A stretch of 57,193 nt of DNA from a virus (Duplodnaviria; Caudoviricetes): IMG/VR virus record IMGVR_UViG_3300032331_001351, positions 1 to 57,193 of that record; one strand, 5' to 3'. Positions 45,219 to 53,058 of this stretch are shown here, one piece after another (the stretch's first letter is position 1; each line of letters begins with the position of its first letter). Below the pieces are notes generated by a model. The model did not search any database. It saw only the letters and a list, made by a program, of their open reading frames with translations, and had not been told where the DNA came from. The position numbers and the translations under genes are program-made.

Positions 45219-46256
45219 ATGGAACTGTTAGTAAGAAATGTCAATCAAGCGTTTAGCGAAATCTTCTGGAAAATGAAGGTGCTCAATCTCCAGCCAGAAC
45301 AGACCCGTAACGGTCTCGCTATGGTTTACCCTGAGCCGGTGATCACAGTTTATAAATATCCGTACGAGCGCGTCCTGTTTGACAAAAAGCGCGACGCTAA
45401 CCCTATCTTTCATCTGATGGAGTCAATCTGGATGCTCGCAGGGCGCAATGACGTTGCGTTCCTACAGCAGTTCAACAAGCGCATGGTCGAGTTCAGCGAC
45501 GACGGTAAGACGTTTAACGCCGCCTATGGTCACCGCTGGCGTAAGCATTTCGGTCGTGACCAGCTTGATGAAGTTATCAGGTTGTTGCGCCGCGACCCTA
45601 CTACCCGTCAGGCTGTTGTTCAGATTTGGGACGATGCAGACTTGGCTAAGAAGACTAAAGACAAAGCATGCAATACGCAGATCATTTTTGATACGCGTAA
45701 CAACCGCCTGAACATGACGGTGTTCAACCGGTCAAATGATATCTGGTGGGGTGCTTACGGCGCTAACGCGGTGCACTTTAGTTTCTTGCAGGAGTTTGTC
45801 GCCTCCGCTATAGCTATGCACTTAGGCGTGTACCGTCAGGTCAGTAACAACTTACACCTTTACACAGAGCTTTATAACGCTAAAGATTACCTGTTTGCGC
45901 CGCCTGACGCAGACAGCTATGACCTTTACCGTAAAGGTGAAGTGCGCCCCCTGCCAATCATGTTGAACGGCGAGTACAAGTTGTTCCTAGCTGAATGTGA
46001 GATGTTCTGCCACGATCCTTTTAACGAGCGTATACACTACGCTAACCCGTTCTTTGAGCACGTGGCTCACCCAATGGCTATGGTCAGCAAGGTACGTAAT
46101 ATACACGCCGGTGACGGGCGTAGCTACGCGGCTAAAATCCGCGCTGCCGATTGGAAACGCGCCACTTTCGATTGGATTGACCGCCGCGAACACGCTCGTA
46201 AAATGAAAGAGGAAGATGACGAGATAAACGAGTTGCGTAAAGCTGTGAAAAAATAA
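45219..46256 (+). CDS. Thymidylate synthase-family dUMP hydroxymethylase
   Basis: RDANP.FH..E..WML.GR, AYG.RWR, KD..CN (catalytic Cys) and NRSND.WWGAYGAN..HF (Asn indicates dUMP specificity); likely start ATG at 45219. Confidence 0.85.
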   Translation: MELLVRNVNQAFSEIFWKMKVLNLQPEQTRNGLAMVYPEPVITVYKYPYERVLFDKKRDANPIFHLMESIWMLAGRNDVAFLQQFNKRMVEFSDDGKTFNAAYGHRWRKHFGRDQLDEVIRLLRRDPTTRQAVVQIWDDADLAKKTKDKACNTQIIFDTRNNRLNMTVFNRSNDIWWGAYGANAVHFSFLQEFVASAIAMHLGVYRQVSNNLHLYTELYNAKDYLFAPPDADSYDLYRKGEVRPLPIMLNGEYKLFLAECEMFCHDPFNERIHYANPFFEHVAHPMAMVSKVRNIHAGDGRSYAAKIRAADWKRATFDWIDRREHARKMKEEDDEINELRKAVKK

Positions 46257-46257
46257 C

Positions 46258-46287
46258 TTTACTTTTGTTAAAAATGTGAGCTATAAT
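46258..46287 (+). promoter_or_regulatory. sigma70-type promoter TTTACT-N18-TATAAT
   Basis: AT-rich intergenic region ahead of the HD/polymerase operon. Confidence 0.6.
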
Positions 46288-46319
46288 TTTTAACATAACT
46301 GCTAACTGGAGAACTTTTT

Positions 46320-46808
46320 GTGAAACAAACCCTTGATTTTATTCTGGCTGGAAGCGAAGTAAAGCGGTATCATACCGTGACTACGCTCGTGTCTGAGACC
46401 GTCGGTCATCATTCACACGGCGTGGCTATGCTTTGCCTTCTTTTCGACCCTATGGCGAGCCGTCAGGTGCTGATGGCTGCGATGTTTCATGACCTCGCGG
46501 AGTTTCAAACCGGGGACATCCCCTCACCGGCAAAGCGTGAGTTTGGCATCGGCGGTAAGGTAGACGAATTGGAACTGCGTCTGATGACCGCTGCCGGAAT
46601 CATAATGCCTCACCTCACCCCCGAAGACAAGCGCACTCTCAAACTCTCTGACGTAGCTCAGGGGGCGTTGTTTTGCGCCCGAGAGCTTTCCCTCGGTAAT
46701 AAGCGTATGCGCCGCGTCTTCGATCGTTACATGAGCTACGCTGACGAGATGATGCTCGTCGGACGTGAGCGTGAAATTTTCAACATGATAAAGGACTACG
46801 CAGCATGA
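46320..46808 (+). CDS. HD-domain 5'-deoxynucleotidase (YfbR-like)
   Basis: VKRYH...ETVGHHS, HDLAE..TGDIPSP.K and K..D motifs. Confidence 0.85.
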   Translation: MKQTLDFILAGSEVKRYHTVTTLVSETVGHHSHGVAMLCLLFDPMASRQVLMAAMFHDLAEFQTGDIPSPAKREFGIGGKVDELELRLMTAAGIIMPHLTPEDKRTLKLSDVAQGALFCARELSLGNKRMRRVFDRYMSYADEMMLVGREREIFNMIKDYAA

Positions 46809-47089
46809 GCGCGGCTAATCAAAAACAAATCGGCGGTAATCACTACAAGCACGGCGGTGAGGAACACTGGGACCGCGTGCATCGTTTGAATTTGAATTAC
46901 TTTCAAGCAGCCACCACTAAGTATGTTGAGCGTTGCTACCTGAAAGGTAATCCGATTCAAGACTTACAGAAAGCCGTTCATTTCCTTGAGAAGTTGATCG
47001 AGATCGAGCAGCGTAAAGCTGATGAAAAATGCGTCGCGGTTCTAAGTGATGGCAGCGAGCCGACCTCCGGTTATGTTAACCAAGACTGA
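46805..47089 (+). CDS. DUF3310/SaV-like protein, possible nucleotide kinase
   Basis: QIGGNHYK, F......KY..R...KG...DL.KA.H.LE.LIE. Confidence 0.75.
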   Translation: MSAANQKQIGGNHYKHGGEEHWDRVHRLNLNYFQAATTKYVERCYLKGNPIQDLQKAVHFLEKLIEIEQRKADEKCVAVLSDGSEPTSGYVNQD

Positions 47090-47090
47090 C

Positions 47091-48932
47091 ATGGGGACTT
47101 GGGTGTTTGATACTGAAACTCTACCTAATCGTACTTTGTTCTGCGCTAAGAACATTGAGACGGGGGAGTGGTTTGACTTGTGGCGTCACACTGACGACGC
47201 CCCGGCTCGTCTTACCCGTTTCGTACAGCAGCCCGACACGACATTGATCGGCTTCAACAGTAAGTCGTTTGACAACGCGGTCGTGGCGGCTTTCTGCCTC
47301 GGCAGGAGTGAGATAGAGATCAAGCGTATTGCTGATGACATCATCACCAATCGTCTTGCGCCGTGGAATTCGATGCGCAAGCACAATTTACGTGACATCA
47401 TTCTTGATGACATTGACTTGATTGAGGTCGCCCCGTCATTTGTAGGTTTGAAAGCCTACGGCGCTCGCATGCACATGCCTAAGTTGCAGGACATGCCTAT
47501 CGCCCATGACGCGATGATCACCCCCGAGCAAGAGCCCATGCTTTTGGAGTACTGCCACAACGACGTAGATACGACCGCCGAGCTGTTGAATCAGCTCGAA
47601 GGTGAGTTATTACTGCGCGTTGAGATGAGCCGCCGGTACGGAGCAGACATGCGTAGCAAGTCTGATTCGCAGATGGCTGAACAGGCTTACATCACTAGCA
47701 TGGGTCTCAAGCGTCAAGATAATGAGATACCTAAAACTGTTAAATATACCCCTCCGGCATTTTTAAAGTTTATGGACGCAGAGCTACAGGGGCTGCTTGA
47801 CCGCGTCTCTAAGCACGTGTTCAATATGAACTCGGTCACTGGGCACGTGCAGCTTCCAGATTTCCTCGGTGAACAAGCAATCGTTTTTGGCAGCGGTCAA
47901 TATCAACTCGGCGTGGGCGGTATACACAGCGTGCATGATAAGCAGGTTTGTTACGTTGCCGGTGATGATTACATTTGTGATATTGATGCAGCGTCGTTCT
48001 ACCCAAGTATCATCCTTGAGTGCGGCTTTGTGCCGGTTGCATTGGGTAAGCGGTTTGTTGAAGAGTATCGCAAGATTTACGAGCGCCGCCTCGAGGCAAA
48101 GCGCAACGGCGACAAGATAACTGACGCAACGCTGAAGATTTCCCTGAACGGCACGTTCGGTAAGCTGGCTAGCCGTTACTCAGTGTTGTACTCGCCGGAC
48201 TTGATGTTGGCGGTTACGTTGACTGGCCAGTTCACTCTGCTCATGTTGATTGAGTGGCTTGAGCGAGCTGGGGCTGTGACGCTATCAGCTAATACTGATG
48301 GCATCGCAATTCATTTCAACAAGGAGAAAAAAGAGCTGATTGAAAAAGTAGTTAACAAATTTAGTGAGGTGTCTGGGTTCGCGTTTGAATACACGTATTA
48401 CCGCGCCCTCGCTATGAAAGACGTCAACAACTATATTGCGGTCAAACCCGACCGTAAGCTGAAAGTGAAAGGCATTTATGCGCCACTCTCTCTTAAGAAA
48501 AACCCGACGGCACAAGTTGCAGCGGATGCGGTTGGAGCATGGTTGGCAAGCGGTATACCGTTTGAAACAACTATCAAAAATGCTCCATTCACTGACTTCA
48601 TCAGCGCCCGGAACGTCACTGGTGGCGGTCAGCAGAATAGCTTCTACTTGGGTAAAGTTGTACGATGGTATCAGTCGACCGACGCTGCTCTTGAACCGAT
48701 TAAGTATGCTTCGAACGGTAATAAAGTACCGAAGACAGAAGGCGCTAGAGCCTGCATGACCCTGCTTGATAAACAGATTCACCCACTTGATCTTGACTAT
48801 AACTGGTATAACAAAGAGGCGATCAAAATCGCCATCGCGGTTGGCTGCGCACATTATTTGACCTCGGAGCAACTCGCTCTAGTGGCACCACCACCAAAGA
48901 AAACTAGGAAAGTTAAAAATGGAACAAGGTAA
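47091..48932 (+). CDS. Family B-type DNA polymerase with 3'-5' exonuclease
   Basis: FDTET, GFNS..FD and YC.ND (Exo I-III); DAASFYPS, K..LNG.FGK and ANTDG (Pol A-C); likely start at 47091. Confidence 0.9.
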   Translation: MGTWVFDTETLPNRTLFCAKNIETGEWFDLWRHTDDAPARLTRFVQQPDTTLIGFNSKSFDNAVVAAFCLGRSEIEIKRIADDIITNRLAPWNSMRKHNLRDIILDDIDLIEVAPSFVGLKAYGARMHMPKLQDMPIAHDAMITPEQEPMLLEYCHNDVDTTAELLNQLEGELLLRVEMSRRYGADMRSKSDSQMAEQAYITSMGLKRQDNEIPKTVKYTPPAFLKFMDAELQGLLDRVSKHVFNMNSVTGHVQLPDFLGEQAIVFGSGQYQLGVGGIHSVHDKQVCYVAGDDYICDIDAASFYPSIILECGFVPVALGKRFVEEYRKIYERRLEAKRNGDKITDATLKISLNGTFGKLASRYSVLYSPDLMLAVTLTGQFTLLMLIEWLERAGAVTLSANTDGIAIHFNKEKKELIEKVVNKFSEVSGFAFEYTYYRALAMKDVNNYIAVKPDRKLKVKGIYAPLSLKKNPTAQVAADAVGAWLASGIPFETTIKNAPFTDFISARNVTGGGQQNSFYLGKVVRWYQSTDAALEPIKYASNGNKVPKTEGARACMTLLDKQIHPLDLDYNWYNKEAIKIAIAVGCAHYLTSEQLALVAPPPKKTRKVKNGTR

Positions 48933-49287
48933 TCAACGCACTGTCTATGTGGTTCAAGTAGACAACCATAAAGATCTTTCAGATGCGAAAAAGTATGGTT
49001 CACTACGGGCTGTGTTTGGCAACCCGCGTAAGCCGTACGACACGACGAGTATGATAGCTAAGGCGCGTCGCGTCATGGCTGAATGGCAAGCGGGCGACCA
49101 CCTGCTGATGATTGGCGACCCCACGCTCTGCGCGGTGTGTATGTCAGTGGTTAATGAGAAAGATGACATCATCAATATTTTGAGCTGGGACCGGAACTCG
49201 TTTTCGTACCTACCTCAGCGTTGGGACTTTGGTCAAATGGGTCTCGACTATGACGATTTTGAAGCAGCGGACGACAAACCGCTTTAA
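48919..49287 (+). CDS. Hypothetical protein (VYVVQ...A.KYG...D.LL..GDP...L.WDR)
   Basis: 122 aa, alpha/beta pattern, SD AGGA. Confidence 0.75.
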   Translation: MEQGNQRTVYVVQVDNHKDLSDAKKYGSLRAVFGNPRKPYDTTSMIAKARRVMAEWQAGDHLLMIGDPTLCAVCMSVVNEKDDIINILSWDRNSFSYLPQRWDFGQMGLDYDDFEAADDKPL

Positions 49288-49306
49288 CCCACGAAAGGAG
49301 AACAAA

Positions 49307-50047
49307 ATGTCAAACTGGCAAGATGCCTTGAGAAAAGGTAAACAAGATGTACCGCCCCGTATCTGCATTTACGGGGGTCACGGTATCGGTAAGTCCACCT
49401 TGGCTAGTAAGTTTCCAGCGCCGATTTTTATCAGCACTGAGGACGGTCTAGACTCGTTGGATGTTACCAGCTTCCCGCGTGCAGCTAAGGTTGAGGACGT
49501 GGTCGAGAACATCAAGACTCTCATCAAAGAGGATCATGCGTTCAAGACCGTGGTGATCGACTCGGTTGATTGGCTCATTGAGCCGCTCATCGTGAGCAAC
49601 GTGGAGTCTTCGCATGATGCTAAAGACCTTGCCTATGGCAAAGGTCAGATGCTCGTTGCTGAGGAGTTCCGCGAGATACTGCAAGGACTGGACGTGCTGC
49701 GCGTAAAGCGCCGTATGAACGTCGTGCTGATCGCTCACGCTGCGGTGGTGAAGTTTGAAGACCCGCGCACCGAACCCTACGACCGCTATCAGCCAAAGCT
49801 ACCTAATCGTTGCAATGCGCTGTTGCAGGAGTGGGCTGATGTGCTTGCGTTTGCCGCGTTCAAGGTGATCATTCGCAAGTCTGACTCCGGTTTCAATAAC
49901 CAGAAGAACCGAGGCGTAACAACCGGTGAGCGTTTGCTTCACTTTGTTGAGAACCCCGCTTTTGCTGCAAAGAACCGGTATACCTGTCCTGATGAGATTG
50001 AGATGACAATCGAAAATCTCGAGAAATTGATTCCCATTACTAAATAA
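49307..50047 (+). CDS. Sak4-like AAA_24 ATPase/recombinase
   Basis: IYGGHGIGKST, TVVIDSVDWL, YGKG, LIAH and AKNR; likely start 49307 with SD AAGGAG. Confidence 0.85.
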   Translation: MSNWQDALRKGKQDVPPRICIYGGHGIGKSTLASKFPAPIFISTEDGLDSLDVTSFPRAAKVEDVVENIKTLIKEDHAFKTVVIDSVDWLIEPLIVSNVESSHDAKDLAYGKGQMLVAEEFREILQGLDVLRVKRRMNVVLIAHAAVVKFEDPRTEPYDRYQPKLPNRCNALLQEWADVLAFAAFKVIIRKSDSGFNNQKNRGVTTGERLLHFVENPAFAAKNRYTCPDEIEMTIENLEKLIPITK

Positions 50048-50064
50048 CTGAAGGAGTAATTAAC

Positions 50065-50568
50065 ATGGCTAAATTTGGCTTCGACGTCTCTGACGTCACC
50101 CCTGACACCGGTGCTACCGGTGGTTCTTATGACCCTATCCCTGAGGGCGAGTACATTCTGAAAGCTGTTGAAGCTGAAGAAAAAACAACTAGTGCCGGTA
50201 CAGGTTCTTACATCAAAGTGAAGTTTGAAGTTGTTAAGGGCGAGTTCGCCACCCGCCTGTTGTGGCAAAACTTCAACGTCAACAACCCGTCTGAGAAAGC
50301 TCAGCGTATCGGTCGTCAGCAGATGGTGGCTTGGGCTACTGCTTGCGGTAAGCCGGATGCCGATGATACTGACAAGCTGCTTGACAAGCCTTTCAGCGCG
50401 GCGGTGAGTATTGAGAAAGGTACTGGCGGCTATGCTGACAGCAACCGCATCAAAGCGTTCCTGTTCAACCAAGAAGCCGCCCCCGCCAAGGCAGCGCCTA
50501 AAGCCGCAGCTAAACCTGCCGCCGCAGCCGCGCCCGCCGCAGGTAAGTCAGCTAACCCTTGGGATTGA
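50065..50568 (+). CDS. DUF669-like single-stranded DNA-binding protein
   Basis: YDPIPEGEY, G.G.Y..V.FEV..G, A..IG, N.IK and an Ala/Pro tail ending PWD; follows Sak4. Confidence 0.75.
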   Translation: MAKFGFDVSDVTPDTGATGGSYDPIPEGEYILKAVEAEEKTTSAGTGSYIKVKFEVVKGEFATRLLWQNFNVNNPSEKAQRIGRQQMVAWATACGKPDADDTDKLLDKPFSAAVSIEKGTGGYADSNRIKAFLFNQEAAPAKAAPKAAAKPAAAAAPAAGKSANPWD

Positions 50569-50573
50569 TTTTA

Positions 50574-50661
50574 GGGGTGGTTAAGCCAGCGACTGAGGAT
50601 GTCAATGTGGGGGGTTTTCTGGCTTTCTACCTCACCTCGTTAACGACCAAATCAGCACCCC
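50574..50661 (+). ncRNA. Candidate pseudoknotted structured RNA
   Basis: GGGGUG/CACCCC closes a long interrupted hairpin; the apical loop CUGGCUU (50619-50625) is complementary to the 5' bulge AAGCCAG (50583-50589). Confidence 0.5.
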
Positions 50662-50683
50662 GCCTTATAACAGGAGAACTTAA

Positions 50684-51523
50684 ATGGTAGCTATACCGCC
50701 TAGACCAGAGCAGGAGATCATTAACCGGGTCTACGCTGCTATTGAGAAAGAGAAGTCGTCAACTGACCTCTACCTTGGGCGGCTTGGCTCGTCTTTTATA
50801 GGCGAAGAATGTATACGGCACATCTGGCTTGACTGGCGCGGGTTTGCCCGTGAAGGTTTTGACGGACGTATGCTTCGCCTGTTTGAGACGGGGCACTTGC
50901 AGGAGGAACGTATCGTGGCTGATTTGCGCCGCGCAGGGTTAGCCGTCTGGGACAAACAGGAAGATGGTAAGCAGTTTGAGTTCATTGACGAGACCGGGCA
51001 CTTCATCACTAAAGTGGACGGCGTTACTAAGGACGTACCGGATTCTGAAAAGACTCCGCATATTCTTGAGGTCAAGACGCACAATAAGAACAGCTTTAGC
51101 GGTGTCGTAAAGAAGGGTATTCAAGAGTCTAAACCGCTACACTATGCTCAGGTTCAAATCAGCATGGCGTTGGGCGGGTTTACTCGCGCACTTTACGTCG
51201 CTGTCTGCAAAGACGATGAACAGTTCTACGTTGAGCGCGTCAAGGAAGACAAAGAAGCGCAAGCAAAGTTGAAACAGAAAATCATCAAACTGACCGAGGC
51301 GCGTCTGCGCCCCGCCGGTATTAGTGATGACGGTAGCAGCTTCGGGTGTAAGTTTTGTAGTATGAAAGCGGTCTGCGTTCGTGAGGCTGAACCCTTACGT
51401 CACTGCCGTACTTGTTCTATGGCCACGCCTACCCCGGCAGGAACGTGGACATGCGAACTCAACAAAGAAACTCTCAGCATGGACGCCCAGCGTGCGGGCT
51501 GTGAGAATTACGAGGCATTATGA
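50684..51523 (+). CDS. Cas4-like/PD-(D/E)xK exonuclease
   Basis: LG.S.IG..C.R, F..GH..E, DG, LE.KT, HYAQ.Q..M, CKFC....C and CRTC. Confidence 0.85.
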   Translation: MVAIPPRPEQEIINRVYAAIEKEKSSTDLYLGRLGSSFIGEECIRHIWLDWRGFAREGFDGRMLRLFETGHLQEERIVADLRRAGLAVWDKQEDGKQFEFIDETGHFITKVDGVTKDVPDSEKTPHILEVKTHNKNSFSGVVKKGIQESKPLHYAQVQISMALGGFTRALYVAVCKDDEQFYVERVKEDKEAQAKLKQKIIKLTEARLRPAGISDDGSSFGCKFCSMKAVCVREAEPLRHCRTCSMATPTPAGTWTCELNKETLSMDAQRAGCENYEAL

Positions 51524-51996
51524 TTACAATCGGTATTGATCCAGGACTCAGCGGCGCTATCGGCGTTCTACGTGACGGCGTTTTTGTAGCCGTGGAAGAT
51601 ATGCCGATCGTAGCTAAAGGCTCGGGTGCTGTAAAGAATGAAGTAGACCCTGCCGGGCTAATCACTATGCTCAGGAGGCACGCCCCCGCTGAGGAGGCGG
51701 TGTGCGTTGCACTTGAGCGGGTGAACGCTATGCCCGGTCAGGGGTCATCTTCTATTTTTAGTCTCGGGGATAGCTTCGGCTCTGCCCGAGCTTCTATTGC
51801 GGGGTGTCGTTTTGAAACAGTTTACATGACCCCGACGCAATGGAAGAAACATTTCAAACTAACTAGCGACAAAGAAATGAGCAGGGCGCTCGCGATTCGC
51901 ATGTTCCCTGAAGCGCCGCTCAACTTGAAGAAACACTCTGACCGTGCGGAGGCGTTGCTCATGGCTCGCTGGCTTTACGAGACGAGGTACAAATGA
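51520..51996 (+). CDS. RuvC-like Holliday junction resolvase
   Basis: IGIDPGLSGAI, LE.V..MPGQG, P..WKK and D.AEALL. Confidence 0.85.
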   Translation: MITIGIDPGLSGAIGVLRDGVFVAVEDMPIVAKGSGAVKNEVDPAGLITMLRRHAPAEEAVCVALERVNAMPGQGSSSIFSLGDSFGSARASIAGCRFETVYMTPTQWKKHFKLTSDKEMSRALAIRMFPEAPLNLKKHSDRAEALLMARWLYETRYK

Positions 51997-52229
51997 TTGA
52001 CACGCGTATAAGCGGCATACCCTGCAAGGCAGAGATGGTCGGCGGGTATTACCAAAAGCCAGACTATGGCACATGGGCTAGCGACGTAGACTACTACGGA
52101 GGCTGGTTTGACGTAGAGTTTGAAATCTATGACCGTAAAGGCTATCGAGCAAAATGGCTTGAGAACAAAATGACCGCTAAAGATGAAGAGCGGATTGTCA
52201 ATGAACTAATTGAACAAGAAGGACGATAA
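51993..52229 (+). CDS. Hypothetical protein (GIPC...SD.DYYG...DRKGY.A.WLE.K)
   Basis: 78 aa, coupled to neighbours. Confidence 0.7.
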   Translation: MIDTRISGIPCKAEMVGGYYQKPDYGTWASDVDYYGGWFDVEFEIYDRKGYRAKWLENKMTAKDEERIVNELIEQEGR

Positions 52230-52411
52230 TGGAAACTTTTGAACCTAAATGCCCTTGGCATATTCAAGTCGGTGATTTGTTTATCTCCCCCGGTCGGGTG
52301 CCTAACACGGGTACGGTCTGGATCGGCGAAGTGAAAAGCGCCGAAGGTGGTGAATTCAAAACTGAAGAATTAGCCGAAGTAATACGCAAGTTTTATAACG
52401 AAAAGTTCTGA
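52229..52411 (+). CDS. Hypothetical protein
   Basis: 60 aa, TAATG/TGATG coupling. Confidence 0.65.
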   Translation: METFEPKCPWHIQVGDLFISPGRVPNTGTVWIGEVKSAEGGEFKTEELAEVIRKFYNEKF

Positions 52412-52818
52412 TGCCAAAAATAGCCCCTACAAGGGTTAAGAAGCAGGTCGGGTTGAACCCGATAGCTCAGGCTGTTGCACGTGAAAACATGCGTAAAACT
52501 ATTCTTGATCAAAAAATTCAACTGTATACGACGCAAGAGGGTGAGTCGTGTGTTGAATTCTGTGTGCCTATGTTTACTTTGTTTTCGGCTTTGCTCTCAA
52601 CAGCTGAAGCCGACCCGAAAGTGGGCACTGACAATTACGAAGTACGGATCATGCGCGGGACACTTTCTGCGCTTGATCAAATGATAGCTGATAACTCATA
52701 CCGCCGCATAAATATTGTTTCACTTGAAACTGGGTTGGACTGTGCTCAGGCGCTGATCGCTAAGATCAACCCTGTGCTGTTCAATCAAGAGTGGAACAAA
52801 ATTGCGGGCGGTGTGTGA
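52411..52818 (+). CDS. Hypothetical protein
   Basis: 135 aa, coupled to neighbours. Confidence 0.65.
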   Translation: MPKIAPTRVKKQVGLNPIAQAVARENMRKTILDQKIQLYTTQEGESCVEFCVPMFTLFSALLSTAEADPKVGTDNYEVRIMRGTLSALDQMIADNSYRRINIVSLETGLDCAQALIAKINPVLFNQEWNKIAGGV

Positions 52819-53018
52819 TGCCGTGGGCGTATATTCGCTCACTGCTCGGACCCGGACTTCATTGGGACAGGACTCAACAAGAACTGTTGAACGCGATAGC
52901 TCGGGCAGACCGCGAGGGTCAACACGATGCCGCTGACCATATTCGCATCATATTGCGTCTACGCAACAAAGTGTTGATGGACGTTGAGCAAAAAGAAACC
53001 CCGCCGGAGCGGGGTTAA
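52818..53018 (+). CDS. Hypothetical protein (MPWAYIRSLLGPG...)
   Basis: TGATG overlap gives a start at 52818. Confidence 0.55.
   Translation: MPWAYIRSLLGPGLHWDRTQQELLNAIARADREGQHDAADHIRIILRLRNKVLMDVEQKETPPERG
52989..53016. terminator. Terminator hairpin between the convergent arms
   Basis: AACCCCGC-CGGA-GCGGGGTT with a U-rich tail on the minus strand. Confidence 0.7.
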
Positions 53019-53058
53019 AGGTTGGCAACTGCTCGTGAAGGAGACAGTGTAGAGAATT

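Noticed and set aside
45219-46256. dCMP hydroxymethylase or ordinary ThyA
   Set aside because: It has Asn at the specificity position (GAN) and neighbouring HMUDK/transferase genes.
46320-46808. Z-genome (DatZ) or 7-deazaguanine system
   Set aside because: No PurZ, DpdA or Que/FolE genes are visible; the context indicates hmdU.
50593-50650. Hammerhead ribozyme (CUGAGGA matches CUGANGA)
   Set aside because: No GAAA core follows a stem II, and CUGA appears paired; kept only as a generic structured RNA.
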